Shown here piece after piece: positions 1 through 9,570 of a stretch of 32,000 bases of DNA. The notes beneath the pieces were generated by a model. It ran no database searches and had not been told where the DNA came from. It was given only the letters and a program-made list of their open reading frames with translations. The position numbers were made by a program, and so were the translations under genes. This stretch comes from Patescibacteria group bacterium. GTDB lineage: Bacteria > Patescibacteriota > Patescibacteriia > 2-01-FULL-39-33. Positions within the stretch are counted from its first letter, which is position 1. Each line of letters starts with the position of its first letter. The stretch is from positions 202,792 through 234,791 of the forward strand of contig JBAZMW010000002.1 in NCBI GenBank assembly GCA_041649575.1, read 5' to 3'.

Positions 1-696
1 GAAAAAGAAGCCAAAGTCTATCTGGCTGCTCTGGAATTGGGCAATTCTAAGGTCAGTGAAATAGCCAAAAAAGCCGGTTTAAATCGCATTACGGCTTATG
101 AAATTTTGAAACGATTAAGACAAAAGGGGTTGGCCGTGAGCTTAACTAGAAATAACGTTTTGACTTTTCGGGTGATTGATCCTGAAAAAGTTATTAAGAA
201 AATGGAAAGCAAGTTATCCTTGTCTCGGGAGCTTTTGCCGGCGCTGGTGCTACTAAAAAATAACAGCGGCAAAAAGCCGAAGATCGAGTACTTTGACGGT
301 CGTGAAGGATTAAGGGCTTTGTGCAACGATTCCTTAAACTGTCAAGAAAAAATAATTTATGATTTGGCGGAACCCACCAATCTGTTGAAAACTATCGGCG
401 AGGATTTTTTTAATTCTTTTGTCAGACAAAGAGTCAAAAAAGGAATAAAGGTCAAGTTGTTGCTGCCTAAAAACAAAGAGAACAAAAAATATCTCGGGGT
501 AGTAAAAAGAGATTTAAGAGAATTAAGATTTATTGATGATGATTTGTATCCCAATGAGTTTTATATTTATGACAATAAAGTCGCCATACTCTCCTTCTCC
601 GGCAAGATGGGAGTATTAATTGAAGACGAGGAAATCGCCAAATCAATGAAGTCCATCTGGAGATTCTTATGGAATCACTCTGACAAAAATTTTTAA
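1..696 (+). CDS. TrmB-like / helix-turn-helix transcriptional regulator, 5' end truncated by window edge
   Basis: The reading frame is open upstream of the tracked start to base 1 (EKEAKVYLAALELGNSKVSEIAKKAGLNRITAYEILKRLRQKGL...), a winged-helix pattern typical of TrmB-like regulators. Confidence 0.75.
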   Translation, partial: EKEAKVYLAALELGNSKVSEIAKKAGLNRITAYEILKRLRQKGLAVSLTRNNVLTFRVIDPEKVIKKMESKLSLSRELLPALVLLKNNSGKKPKIEYFDGREGLRALCNDSLNCQEKIIYDLAEPTNLLKTIGEDFFNSFVRQRVKKGIKVKLLLPKNKENKKYLGVVKRDLRELRFIDDDLYPNEFYIYDNKVAILSFSGKMGVLIEDEEIAKSMKSIWRFLWNHSDKNF

Positions 697-699
697 CTT

Positions 700-728
700 A
701 AAACACCCGCCAATGAGGCGGGTGTTTT
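700..728. terminator. bidirectional intrinsic terminator
   Basis: AAAACACCCGCC-AATGA-GGCGGGTGTTTT between convergent genes. Confidence 0.85.
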
Positions 729-747
729 AAGAATATGTGGTTTTTAA

Positions 748-1797
748 CTAATTTACCTTCTCCAGATACATCGGAATAACAATATCATTATTTGTAATAT
801 CTTTGGCTACTCCAGTCACGCCACTGACTTCTTTTTTGTTGGTCAGACAGCTTTCAATACTATCTTTGGGACAAGTGGCCAAAAGGTTGACAATATCAAA
901 ACCAAAGGCGGCCACGAAGTTGGGTTCTTTGCCATATTTGGCTTTGTATCTGGTTTTGAACTGCTCGCTATTACCGGGAATAGAAAAAGCAAATTGATTG
1001 GTGTAGAAAGTCATTTTGGGAGCTTTGGCTTGCGTTTCCGGATCGGATTGGACATTAGAGACTTCAACTATCGGGATATTAAACTTTAATTCTTCTATTT
1101 TTTTCAAAATGCCCAGTGATTCGCTTGGTGGTGTTGGGACGAATAACAGAGCTTCCGGTCCAGCGTCTTTGGCCTTACTAACGATGGTGGAAAAGTCAGT
1201 CGTGTTGGGAACATATGATTCCATGAAGACTATCTTTTTGCCGGATTCATCACAGAGTTGTTTGATTTTGTCAGCCACCGATTGGGCATACTCGTCTTTT
1301 CTGTAGATGACTGCTATTTTCTTGACGTTTTTGAGCGGTGAAATGTCTGATTCAAATGATGGCGTGGCAAAATGACTGGCGTCGGTATAATATCTGAAAG
1401 CATAATCATTAGTAATATTGTTAGCCGCGCTTTGAGTGATAACCATGGGAATTTTGTCCTCTTTGGCGAGTGAGGCCAGCGGCACGCTGACAATACTAAG
1501 AGCTGTCACAAAAACATCCGGCTTTTGGAGTTTTAGTTTTTGATAGGCGGTCAAACCATCGGCGGCAGCGCCTTTGCTATCCTCATAGGTGACGGCAAGA
1601 TTGGGGTGGTCTTCCAGCGCTAGATCCATGCCGTTCTTGACACTTTCGCCCCAGATGGCCGATGGGCCGCTTAGAGCCAAAATGGCTCCGATTTGGGTTT
1701 TATCATCACTGGTAGCAGCTTTATTGCCCAAGCCACAGCCGGCTAACACTACGCTTGCCATTAAGGCAACGACAATAATCAAAAATTTTGTTTTCAT
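748..1797 (-). CDS. ABC transporter substrate-binding lipoprotein, branched-chain amino-acid type
   Basis: Signal peptide with lipobox (VVLAGC), then QIGAILALSGPSAIWGESVKNGMDLALED, a periplasmic-binding-protein type I / LivJ-K family pattern. Confidence 0.85.
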   Translation of the reverse strand: MKTKFLIIVVALMASVVLAGCGLGNKAATSDDKTQIGAILALSGPSAIWGESVKNGMDLALEDHPNLAVTYEDSKGAAADGLTAYQKLKLQKPDVFVTALSIVSVPLASLAKEDKIPMVITQSAANNITNDYAFRYYTDASHFATPSFESDISPLKNVKKIAVIYRKDEYAQSVADKIKQLCDESGKKIVFMESYVPNTTDFSTIVSKAKDAGPEALLFVPTPPSESLGILKKIEELKFNIPIVEVSNVQSDPETQAKAPKMTFYTNQFAFSIPGNSEQFKTRYKAKYGKEPNFVAAFGFDIVNLLATCPKDSIESCLTNKKEVSGVTGVAKDITNNDIVIPMYLEKVN

Positions 1798-1821
1798 ACG
1801 ACGTTTTATTATTGTTTAGTT

Positions 1822-2949
1822 TTAATAAGGTATTATTTCACTATTTTTAATCTGATAAAGAATAAAATGTGCATTTTTTCTGTCATTGTTCTTATCGAAG
1901 CTAATTTCGCCGCCAGCTCCAGAGTAATTAATATTTTTTAGAGACTCTACTGCCTGACTCATGTCCATATTATTTTTTCCAGCTGCTTCGGCCAAGATAT
2001 AGATGTCATCGTACATGCCGATACAGGCGTTTTGCTGGGGACAATCGGCGCCGTATTTTTCTTTGTAAGTGTCTAATAAATTTTTTACTGAAACGATATT
2101 TTCTATGGCAAAATCAGTACTAATAGCCCCATCTAAATAATTTTTATATTTTGAATTTAAATCGGCCGAATGCATAATTGCCTCATTTACTAACAAAGTT
2201 TTAGGTCGAAAATTAATTTCTTTTGCCTCCTTCAAAACTTTATCACCAGAAGTTGGGCTTTGAACGCTCATTAATAAAACATCGGGGTTAGCGTTTTTGA
2301 GTTTTAAAAGTGGGGTGCGGACATCGGTGGCATCCGTTGTAAAGCCCTCGCTTACAATTTTTACTTCCTTATTTTCAAGATTTTTTTCCAGCATCAATTT
2401 CATGCCTTTAGCGTAATCCGTTTCTTCATAGATAATCGCAATTTTTCTTAAATTATTATTAACAATATATTCTCCAAATAAGCGAGCCCCGTCAGCATCA
2501 GAAGCATAATTTCTAAAAACCGAGGGAGAAACCCCGGTCACCTTAACCGAGCTCACAACTGTGGCAATTAAGATCTGATCTGACTTTAATAAAGGCGCGA
2601 TTCCTAATACTGTTCCACTACAGGCCACGGAAGAAAAAAGCTTTAGGCCGTTTACATTTGAAAGTTGTTGAAAGGCTGAAATGGCCGCTTGAGGGGCGCA
2701 TTGATGGTCTTGATAATTAATTTCTATTTTGTGTCCATTTATTCCGCCTTTGGCATTTATTTCCTCTACAGCGATTTCAGCCGCTTTTTGCGCTGAGTCG
2801 CCATAAATAGCTGCTCCTCCGGTCAAAGGTAATAAAGCCCCGATTTTGATAGTTTCTTTATTGTTTTTGCTAATATTGCTCAGGCTGCAACCGGCCGTGG
2901 CCACGACAATTAACGCCAAAATGATGATGAATAGGGATTTTCTTTTCAT
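1822..2949 (-). CDS. ABC transporter substrate-binding lipoprotein, branched-chain amino-acid type
   Basis: Lipobox ATAGC; KIGALLPLTGGAAIYGDSAQKAAEIAVEEINAKGGINGHKIEI is a typical LivK-like N terminus. Confidence 0.9.
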   Translation of the reverse strand: MKRKSLFIIILALIVVATAGCSLSNISKNNKETIKIGALLPLTGGAAIYGDSAQKAAEIAVEEINAKGGINGHKIEINYQDHQCAPQAAISAFQQLSNVNGLKLFSSVACSGTVLGIAPLLKSDQILIATVVSSVKVTGVSPSVFRNYASDADGARLFGEYIVNNNLRKIAIIYEETDYAKGMKLMLEKNLENKEVKIVSEGFTTDATDVRTPLLKLKNANPDVLLMSVQSPTSGDKVLKEAKEINFRPKTLLVNEAIMHSADLNSKYKNYLDGAISTDFAIENIVSVKNLLDTYKEKYGADCPQQNACIGMYDDIYILAEAAGKNNMDMSQAVESLKNINYSGAGGEISFDKNNDRKNAHFILYQIKNSEIIPY

Positions 2950-2972
2950 GATTTTACTATATTATTATTATA

Positions 2973-3710
2973 TTAACTCCCCAGATACGCCTCTAATACC
3001 AGCTTATTCTCCCTTATATCTTTGGGCTTGCCTTCGGCAATAACTTTTCCTGCGTCCATAACAATTATATAATCTGCCACCGTAAAAGTAAAATTCATAT
3101 CATGTTCAATCAGTAGGACAGTCTCGCCCTGTTTTTTTAAGTCCTTTAGGATGCTTTTAATACGGTCGCGCAACACCGGATTTACTCCGGCTACCGGTTC
3201 GTCCAGGATGAGCAGCTGATGCGGATTGAGGATCGCTCGCGCTAGCTCCACCAGCCGTTTCTGTCCGTAGCTTAATTCTCCGCAAAGATGCTTGGGCGAT
3301 TTATCCAAGCCAATCAGATCCAGGACATCTTGGATTTTTTTCTTTTTTTTCGAGCCGTAATAATTCAGGCCCAAAAGATTTTTGGCAAACTTCATGTCTT
3401 CATTGTCAAGAGCAATGGATAAGTTTTCTTCTATGCTTAAGTTATTAAATAAATGCGCTTGCTGGAAAACACGGGATAGGCCCAGATTGGAAATTTTGTC
3501 AGGTGATAGGTTGGTGATATTTTTTCCAGCTAAAACTATCTCGCCGCTTTCGGCTTTTAAAATGCCGGAAATTAAGTTAAAGATGGTGGTTTTACCGCTA
3601 CCGTTGGGACCAATGAGCGCCGTGATTTGATTTTGGCCAATCTCAAAACTGCAGTCGTCGACCGCATGCACCCCGCCAAAATATTTTTTTAAGTGTTGAA
3701 TTTTGAGCAT
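2973..3710 (-). CDS. livG: branched-chain amino-acid-type ABC transporter ATP-binding protein (LivG-like)
   Basis: Walker A GPNGSGKTT, signature LSYGQKRLVELARAI, LivG-like FNLISGILKAESGEIVLAGKNITNLSP and C-terminal VLEAYLG. Confidence 0.92.
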   Translation of the reverse strand: MLKIQHLKKYFGGVHAVDDCSFEIGQNQITALIGPNGSGKTTIFNLISGILKAESGEIVLAGKNITNLSPDKISNLGLSRVFQQAHLFNNLSIEENLSIALDNEDMKFAKNLLGLNYYGSKKKKKIQDVLDLIGLDKSPKHLCGELSYGQKRLVELARAILNPHQLLILDEPVAGVNPVLRDRIKSILKDLKKQGETVLLIEHDMNFTFTVADYIIVMDAGKVIAEGKPKDIRENKLVLEAYLGS

Positions 3711-3715
3711 TATTA

Positions 3716-4822
3716 TTAATACAGCACGAATTGGCCGTCTTTTATTATTTTAATGACTATCGGCTTGATGGCATCGCCATTGCTGTCGAAAGTGGTGGAA
3801 CCGGACACGCCAGAATAATCTTTTATTTTATACAAGCCGTCTTTAATGCAGGTTGAGTCCACTGTTGGGCAGCTTTCTTTAATAATTTTGGCCAAAATTA
3901 TTAAAGAATCGTAGCCCTGCGCGGCAAAAATATTGGGGTCTTTACCGAATCTATTCTTATACAGATCCCAAAATTCTTGATTTGTTTCTCGTTTAAAATC
4001 AGAAGCAGCGAAGATGATGCCTTCGGCCAAGGGCCCGACCGCAGAAAGAAATTTGCTATCGGTCACTGTATTGTCAGAAATTATCTGGGCATTAATTCCC
4101 ATTTCTTTTATTTGCTTAATAATAAGAGCGACCTCCGGCATTAGGGCCCCGACATAAACTACTTGAGGATTTTTTTCTTTGATTTTTATGAGCTGGGATC
4201 GAAAATCGGTGGAGTTTTTTTGATATGATTGGCGTTCGACAATGACGCCCCCGTCTTTTTGAAAGGAATCAGTGAAGGTCTTCTCACCGATTACATAAGC
4301 ATCGCTTGACTGGTCGAAGATGGTAGCCGCTGTTTTATATTTTTGGGCCACAAATTCAGCCATTTTCTTTTGTTCGGTGCTTTCTAGGATGTGATTTCTA
4401 AAAATATAATCCCCTGCTTGGCTAATTGAATCGGCCGCTGAAGCCGGGGTCAAGATAATCATCTTGGCTTTTTCGGCCAGTGGGGCGATAGCCAAAGTGC
4501 TTTGAGAGCAGACCGGACCAATGATTATTTTGGCGCCCTTAATGGCGGTAGAGTTATAAGCGTTTATAGCTTCCTTGGGGTCGCATTTTTCGTCTTCAAG
4601 CAATAAGTCTATTTTAAGACCAGAGAGAGCTGTTTTTTCGTTAGCTAATACAATGCCATCTTTTATGTCATCACCCAGGGAAGCCATGTTTCCGCTAAGC
4701 GGCAGAATTACGCCGATTTTTATTGTTTGATTTTGGTGAAGTTTTTTGCTGGAGACAAAAATTGCAACTGCAATAATCGCCAGCACAATGATAATTACTA
4801 TGAGCCAAAATTTTGTCTTCAT
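3716..4822 (-). CDS. ABC transporter substrate-binding protein, branched-chain amino-acid type, membrane-anchored
   Basis: KIGVILPLSGNMASLGDDIKDGIVLANEKTALSG; N-terminal hydrophobic segment without a Cys lipobox. Confidence 0.85.
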   Translation of the reverse strand: MKTKFWLIVIIIVLAIIAVAIFVSSKKLHQNQTIKIGVILPLSGNMASLGDDIKDGIVLANEKTALSGLKIDLLLEDEKCDPKEAINAYNSTAIKGAKIIIGPVCSQSTLAIAPLAEKAKMIILTPASAADSISQAGDYIFRNHILESTEQKKMAEFVAQKYKTAATIFDQSSDAYVIGEKTFTDSFQKDGGVIVERQSYQKNSTDFRSQLIKIKEKNPQVVYVGALMPEVALIIKQIKEMGINAQIISDNTVTDSKFLSAVGPLAEGIIFAASDFKRETNQEFWDLYKNRFGKDPNIFAAQGYDSLIILAKIIKESCPTVDSTCIKDGLYKIKDYSGVSGSTTFDSNGDAIKPIVIKIIKDGQFVLY

Positions 4823-4839
4823 AAAATTTTGTATTTTAG

Positions 4840-5712
4840 TTATTCCAATTTAACTTTGCCAAAAAAACCCGTTGGTTTGAAGATCAAGATTAGTATAAGG
4901 ATTAGGGCATAAATTATCTGTCGGGCCGGGCCGACAATCGACGAAGGAAAACCGATGAACCTCAGTGGTTCCGGCAATAAGATCAAAATAATCGCGGCAA
5001 TAATTGTGCCCCTCAGCGAAGCCAGGCCGGCAATAATTACAATAGCCAAAACAGGAATCAACTGCATGATAGTAAATGAGGAGGGATCGATAAAAGTAAC
5101 ATAATGCGCGTACAAACTACCGGCAATACCGGCAAAAAAAGCCGAGGTCGCCAAAGAATAACTTTTTAGCTTGAAAGTATTTTTGCCCAGCACTTGCGCG
5201 GCCAACTCATCATCTCGGACAGCTTGAAGCGCTTTGCCAAATGGCGATCGGGTAATTTGTTTGATTATTAGGTAAGTAATGAGCGCAATAGCTATGGTCA
5301 AAAATAAAAAATTAAAATTACTACTGAAGTCCAGGCCGAATAAATTCGGTTTGGGTATGCCGGGTAGTCCCAGCGGTCCGCGAGTCAAATCAGTCCAATT
5401 GAGAGCCACGGCATAAACTACAAAAGTAAAGCCCATGGTAGCCAGAGCCAGATAGTCCCCTTTCAGCTTGTGGGTGGGTATGGCCAGTAGATGGCCGAAA
5501 GCCATAGCCAACAAGCAGGCGCATAAAATACAAAGCCAAAAGGGGCAGCCAGCTAGAGCCAGCAAGGCCGAAGTATAAGCGCCGATGGCATAGAAAGCGA
5601 TATGGCCGAGATTAAGCAAACCGGAAAAACCCATGGCCAATTGCAAAGACATGGCCAGAATGAGATAGATGCCGATTAAAATTAGGAGATGAATAATATA
5701 AGCAGAAAGCAT
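4840..5712 (-). CDS. livM: branched-chain amino-acid-type ABC transporter permease (LivM-like)
   Basis: Multi-pass protein with GLLNLGHIAFYAIGAYTSALLA and GKALQAVRDDELAAQVLGKNTFKLK motifs. Confidence 0.9.
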   Translation of the reverse strand: MLSAYIIHLLILIGIYLILAMSLQLAMGFSGLLNLGHIAFYAIGAYTSALLALAGCPFWLCILCACLLAMAFGHLLAIPTHKLKGDYLALATMGFTFVVYAVALNWTDLTRGPLGLPGIPKPNLFGLDFSSNFNFLFLTIAIALITYLIIKQITRSPFGKALQAVRDDELAAQVLGKNTFKLKSYSLATSAFFAGIAGSLYAHYVTFIDPSSFTIMQLIPVLAIVIIAGLASLRGTIIAAIILILLPEPLRFIGFPSSIVGPARQIIYALILILILIFKPTGFFGKVKLE

Positions 5713-5715
5713 AGA

Positions 5716-6582
5716 TTATTTTCTTTTAAGACCTAGGATGCCATGAGGCATGAAAAGCAAAAAAATAAATAAGATTACAAAAGCGATGGCGTCCTTGTAG
5801 CCCGAAGGTAAATACCAGATGCCAAAATTTTCAGCCAAGCCCAACAAAAAAGAGCCCAAAACGGCTCCAGGTACGCTGCCGATACCGCCGATAATGGCGG
5901 CGGTAAAACCCTTGATCACCAGATTGGTACCCATGGTCGGCTCCAGATTTTGCTCCAGCCCGATCAGTATGCCGCCAATGCCGGCAATGGCCGAGCCGAT
6001 AATAAAACTCCAAGAATAAATTTTTTCAGCCGGTATGCCCACCACTTCGGCTACTTCTTTGTTGTCTGAGACGGCTCTCATAGCCTTGCCTAGGCGGGTG
6101 GTTTTCATCAGTAGGAATAATAGGACAAATAAGACCAGGGCGACGGCGATAATAACTATTTGCAAGGGAGTGATGACGGCGCCAAAAAATTGCCAGCCTT
6201 CGGCTATCTCAATGAAGTCAATGGTTTTGACGTCAGCGCCGAAGAACATCAAGATCAGCGATTCCAATAGAATCAAAACAGCAAAGCCGGTGACCAGCAG
6301 GATCACCGGACTGGTTTTTCTATTTCTAAGCGGCTTATAGACTATTAGATTAATCAACCAGCCCAAAAAGGCGGCGAAGGCCACGGCCAAAATAATCGCC
6401 AGCCAGAAATTAACGCCAAGATTAGAAAATAGCAGATAGGCAATATAGACAGAAAAAGTGACAACAGCGCCGTGGGCAAAATGAATGAATTTGCAGGTGG
6501 AATAAATCAGTGAAAAGCCGGAAGCGACCAGCGCGTAGATGGCGCCGGCAATTAAGCCGTTAATTAACAATTGTAAAAACAT
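5716..6582 (-). CDS. livH: branched-chain amino-acid-type ABC transporter permease (LivH-like)
   Basis: INGLIAGAIYALVASGFSLIYSTCKFIHFAHGAV and TRLGKAMRAVSDNKEVAEVVGI motifs. Confidence 0.9.
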   Translation of the reverse strand: MFLQLLINGLIAGAIYALVASGFSLIYSTCKFIHFAHGAVVTFSVYIAYLLFSNLGVNFWLAIILAVAFAAFLGWLINLIVYKPLRNRKTSPVILLVTGFAVLILLESLILMFFGADVKTIDFIEIAEGWQFFGAVITPLQIVIIAVALVLFVLLFLLMKTTRLGKAMRAVSDNKEVAEVVGIPAEKIYSWSFIIGSAIAGIGGILIGLEQNLEPTMGTNLVIKGFTAAIIGGIGSVPGAVLGSFLLGLAENFGIWYLPSGYKDAIAFVILFIFLLFMPHGILGLKRK

Positions 6583-6646
6583 TTACGACTAGTTGTTTAT
6601 TAATTCAATCTTCTTATTTATACCATAATTTGGCTTTTAAAACAAC

Positions 6647-6672
6647 AAAATCGGCGCATTTAAGCCGATTTT
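6647..6672 (-). terminator. intrinsic terminator-like hairpin downstream of the radical SAM gene
   Basis: AAAATCGGC-GCATTTAA-GCCGATTTT. Confidence 0.6.
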
Positions 6673-6696
6673 GATAATTACGCTTGATGATTTTAA

Positions 6697-8112
6697 CTAA
6701 TCTTTTTTGGCCAGAACCTCTTCCCAATAGGGATCGGTGATTGATTTTAATTCCGCGTCAAATTCATAGATTTCTTCATGATATTTTTCGTCGTTAAGAG
6801 CGGCGGCCGCAGCCTCGTCTTCGGGCAAAACATGGCAGGCTCGGGCAATATCCATAAACTCCCGATGATGGTCTCTGATCAGGCAGGGCCGCAATAAATT
6901 TGCGCCCGGCTTGTCTTTTTTAAGATATTTTTCTTGCCAGTCGCGTCCTTTGACGAAGAAGTCAGAAAACAGCGCATCAGCGATCTTTTTGCCCTCGCCA
7001 TAAACCTTTCTGACATTGTCTTTGTAGTAGGGAATGAAAACGCAAGGCATGATATTAGCATTCCAGTCGATATAAAAATAACTTTTACCGCAAGAAATAC
7101 AACCCTCGCTCATCTCCGCGCTATTCCAGAAATCGGCCACAAACCAATTTTTTTCTCTGATGAGCTGGCGCCATTTTTTATACAATTCAAATCGGGCACC
7201 AGGACTAAGCATTAACTTGGTGTTAAATTCACGACCAATGGGCATATATTGGAACATCCACATGTAACTGGCTCCCTGCTGGTCAAAATAATAGGTATAA
7301 AAATCGTCATTTAAAAGCAATTTGGCGTTTTTGCTGGTAGCCGTAACCGAAACCCCAAAAGGCGCCTGGGCCTGACGTAAATTTGCCAAAGACTTAAGAA
7401 CGACCTGGTGAATTCCCGCTCCCCGGCGTTCGTCTGTTTCCTTTTCTAGCCCCTCAACGGAAACCGCTGGCGTAATATTGCCTAATTCTGCCATCTGTTT
7501 GGCAACGTCTTCGGTAATCAGCGTGCCATTAGTGTACATCAAGAAAAAGCTGTCCGGCCAAGCTTTAGGCAAATCCAAAATATTTTTACCCTCGCTCTGA
7601 TACATCAGCGGCTCGCCGCCGGAAATGACAAAAAATCTCATGCCCATCTCGTCATGGAACTCATGCATCATTTTGTCAATCAGGCTCCATTCCAAGGTTT
7701 CGCTGTTGTCGGCGCCGGAAGAGGCATAACAGCCAATGCATTTCAAATTGCATTTCTTGGTCGGACTGATTACCACCAACGGCGGTGGCGTGGTGCCGTA
7801 TTTTTCTTTGTAAACTTTAACGATTTTTAATCTTTCATCGTTATCGATCATTGCTCCTTTGACCAGGGTTTCGACGGCGCGAGTGGCAAATCGTTTGGAA
7901 ATAACTCCGCGATTAATGTTTTTCACGGCAGTCACCAGTAATGATTTAACGCCGTAATAACGATCCAACCGCACTTCCCTAGAAAATTTCTTCTCATCGG
8001 TGACCATGGCTTTGTAAAGCTGCTTGTCGATTTGTTTGGTGACAAGATACCGGGTTAACCGGTTGCTCATCGCCAATTGGCCCAGCTTGATGATCAGATC
8101 CTCTTTTTTCAT
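6697..8112 (-). CDS. radical SAM protein with C-terminal cysteine (SPASM-like) region
   Basis: CNLKCIGCYA (CxxxCxxC), FFVISGGEPLMY, and downstream CISCGKSYFYIDWNANIMPCVFIPY. Confidence 0.85.
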   Translation of the reverse strand: MKKEDLIIKLGQLAMSNRLTRYLVTKQIDKQLYKAMVTDEKKFSREVRLDRYYGVKSLLVTAVKNINRGVISKRFATRAVETLVKGAMIDNDERLKIVKVYKEKYGTTPPPLVVISPTKKCNLKCIGCYASSGADNSETLEWSLIDKMMHEFHDEMGMRFFVISGGEPLMYQSEGKNILDLPKAWPDSFFLMYTNGTLITEDVAKQMAELGNITPAVSVEGLEKETDERRGAGIHQVVLKSLANLRQAQAPFGVSVTATSKNAKLLLNDDFYTYYFDQQGASYMWMFQYMPIGREFNTKLMLSPGARFELYKKWRQLIREKNWFVADFWNSAEMSEGCISCGKSYFYIDWNANIMPCVFIPYYKDNVRKVYGEGKKIADALFSDFFVKGRDWQEKYLKKDKPGANLLRPCLIRDHHREFMDIARACHVLPEDEAAAAALNDEKYHEEIYEFDAELKSITDPYWEEVLAKKD

Positions 8113-8249
8113 AGGTTTTACTCTTTTATAATGGCGGCGGCCAAGCTGATATTACTCGACTTAAGCTGCCGTTTTTATTTATTAGGTTATCTCTTATTAT
8201 ATTACAAATTATTTTATAAATAAACAGCCTGAAAGTCAAATTAAAAAAC

Positions 8250-8280
8250 AAAAGAATAGCTGGTAAACTGCCATTCTTTT
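8250..8280 (-). terminator. intrinsic terminator downstream of tRNA-Gln
   Basis: Minus strand AAAAGAATGGC-AGTTTACCA-GCTATTCTTTT followed by GTTTTTTAA. Confidence 0.7.
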
Positions 8281-8314
8281 GTTTCTGATTAAATTATGGC
8301 TTTTCCGCCCAAAA

Positions 8315-8385
8315 CTGGGAGACTAGGAATCGAACCTAGATTAAAGGCTTCAAAGGCCTCTGTCCTACCATTAGACGATCTCCCA
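8315..8385 (-). tRNA. tRNA-Gln(UUG)
   Basis: TGGGAGA-TC-GTCT...GGAC-A-GAGGC-CTTTGAA-GCCTT-...-TTCGATT-...-TCTCCCA-G; anticodon TTG; all arms pair. Confidence 0.92.
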
Positions 8386-8450
8386 ATTCTGGGCGGAATT
8401 AGCGACGGCCACCGCCTTTGATTTATAAACCAACCCGAAGGCTTTGGTAA

Positions 8451-8570
8451 TTAATGGCCGTGCTTATACTTCCCTACTCTTTCGTTTTTCACCACCCGCT
8501 TCATCTTTTTGGTTTTCCACTTCAATTTGGGAACCTTGACTCTCGGGTCGCGTTTTTTCTTTTTTGGCAT
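8451..8570 (-). CDS. 39-aa highly basic small protein
   Basis: Open frame read by hand: MPKKKKRDPRVKVPKLKWKTKKMKRVVKNERVGKYKHGH*; below the ORF track length cutoff; fills an otherwise empty gap. Confidence 0.5.
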   Translation of the reverse strand: MPKKKKRDPRVKVPKLKWKTKKMKRVVKNERVGKYKHGH

Positions 8571-8646
8571 AAAATTTAAATTTAAAAATCCTCTCTTTTT
8601 GAGACGAAAATATATTATAACAAATATTTTTTATTTAAGCAAATCC

Positions 8647-9564
8647 TTAAGATCTTAGATATCTGCCCAAAGCCAGCGAACTGCTGATGATGTTTAAAAT
8701 CGTGATGCCCACCAGTTGCAGACCGAAAATTATCAAGAAATGTTCATTGAAATATTTCGTCACATCAAAATCAACGCCTTCAAAAAAACTGGCCAAATGC
8801 GGCTGCAGGAGCGCCAGAAAAGAATAAGTGACTATTATCGCCAGCAGACAAGCCAGGATGCCTGAAAAAATGTTTTCTAGGATAAACGGCGATCGCACAA
8901 ACCAATTACTGGCTCCAACCAGTTTCATAATGCCGACTTCGTTACGATGGGTAAAGATAGCGATGCGCACCGTATTAAAGACGATTAACGCGGCAATAAT
9001 CACAAAAATAATACTGATAACCAGTCCGCCCCGCCTGATATTATTGGCAATGGTATTAATTCGATTGATCACCAATTGATGGTCGTTGTAGTTTTTTTCC
9101 TCGACTAGTTCGCTGTAAGCGGGATTATCAATGGCTTTCAAAACCTCCGGATAGCTTTCCAGGTCTTTGGCTTTTATGATCAGTGTCGCCCCTAGTGGAT
9201 TGCCGGCCAGTTCGTCCAAGGTCTCTTTGATAACGGGGTCGTTTTCGTGCTTTGCTTTAAATTCTTTCAAATTGTCTTCTGGCGAATGATAAATAATTTC
9301 CTTGACTTGCGGCAGTGTCTCTAGATGATTTTTAACTTCGTTGATTTTGTCTTCCTTTACGTCGCGCTTGAAATAAACCGAAACATCGACTCTATCTTTG
9401 ACCGCCACAATCGCCGAATCGGAAATGGCGTTGATAATCACCAAAAAATTAATCGATAAAAAAGTCAAAGAAATAATAAAAATCGTGGCCAAGGAGAGCC
9501 AAATATTGCGCCAGAAAGACTGCAGGGCAAAAATAACGCTTCTTTTAATGGCTACTAAAAACAT
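8647..9564 (-). CDS. ftsX: cell division protein FtsX
   Basis: N-terminal AIKRSVIFALQSFWRNIWLSLATI, ISVYFKRDVKEDKINEVKNHLETLPQVKEIIYHSPEDNLKEFK, C-terminal FtsX-type TM domain; adjacent to ftsE. Confidence 0.93.
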   Translation of the reverse strand: MFLVAIKRSVIFALQSFWRNIWLSLATIFIISLTFLSINFLVIINAISDSAIVAVKDRVDVSVYFKRDVKEDKINEVKNHLETLPQVKEIIYHSPEDNLKEFKAKHENDPVIKETLDELAGNPLGATLIIKAKDLESYPEVLKAIDNPAYSELVEEKNYNDHQLVINRINTIANNIRRGGLVISIIFVIIAALIVFNTVRIAIFTHRNEVGIMKLVGASNWFVRSPFILENIFSGILACLLAIIVTYSFLALLQPHLASFFEGVDFDVTKYFNEHFLIIFGLQLVGITILNIISSSLALGRYLRS

Positions 9565-9570
9565 ATTTTA

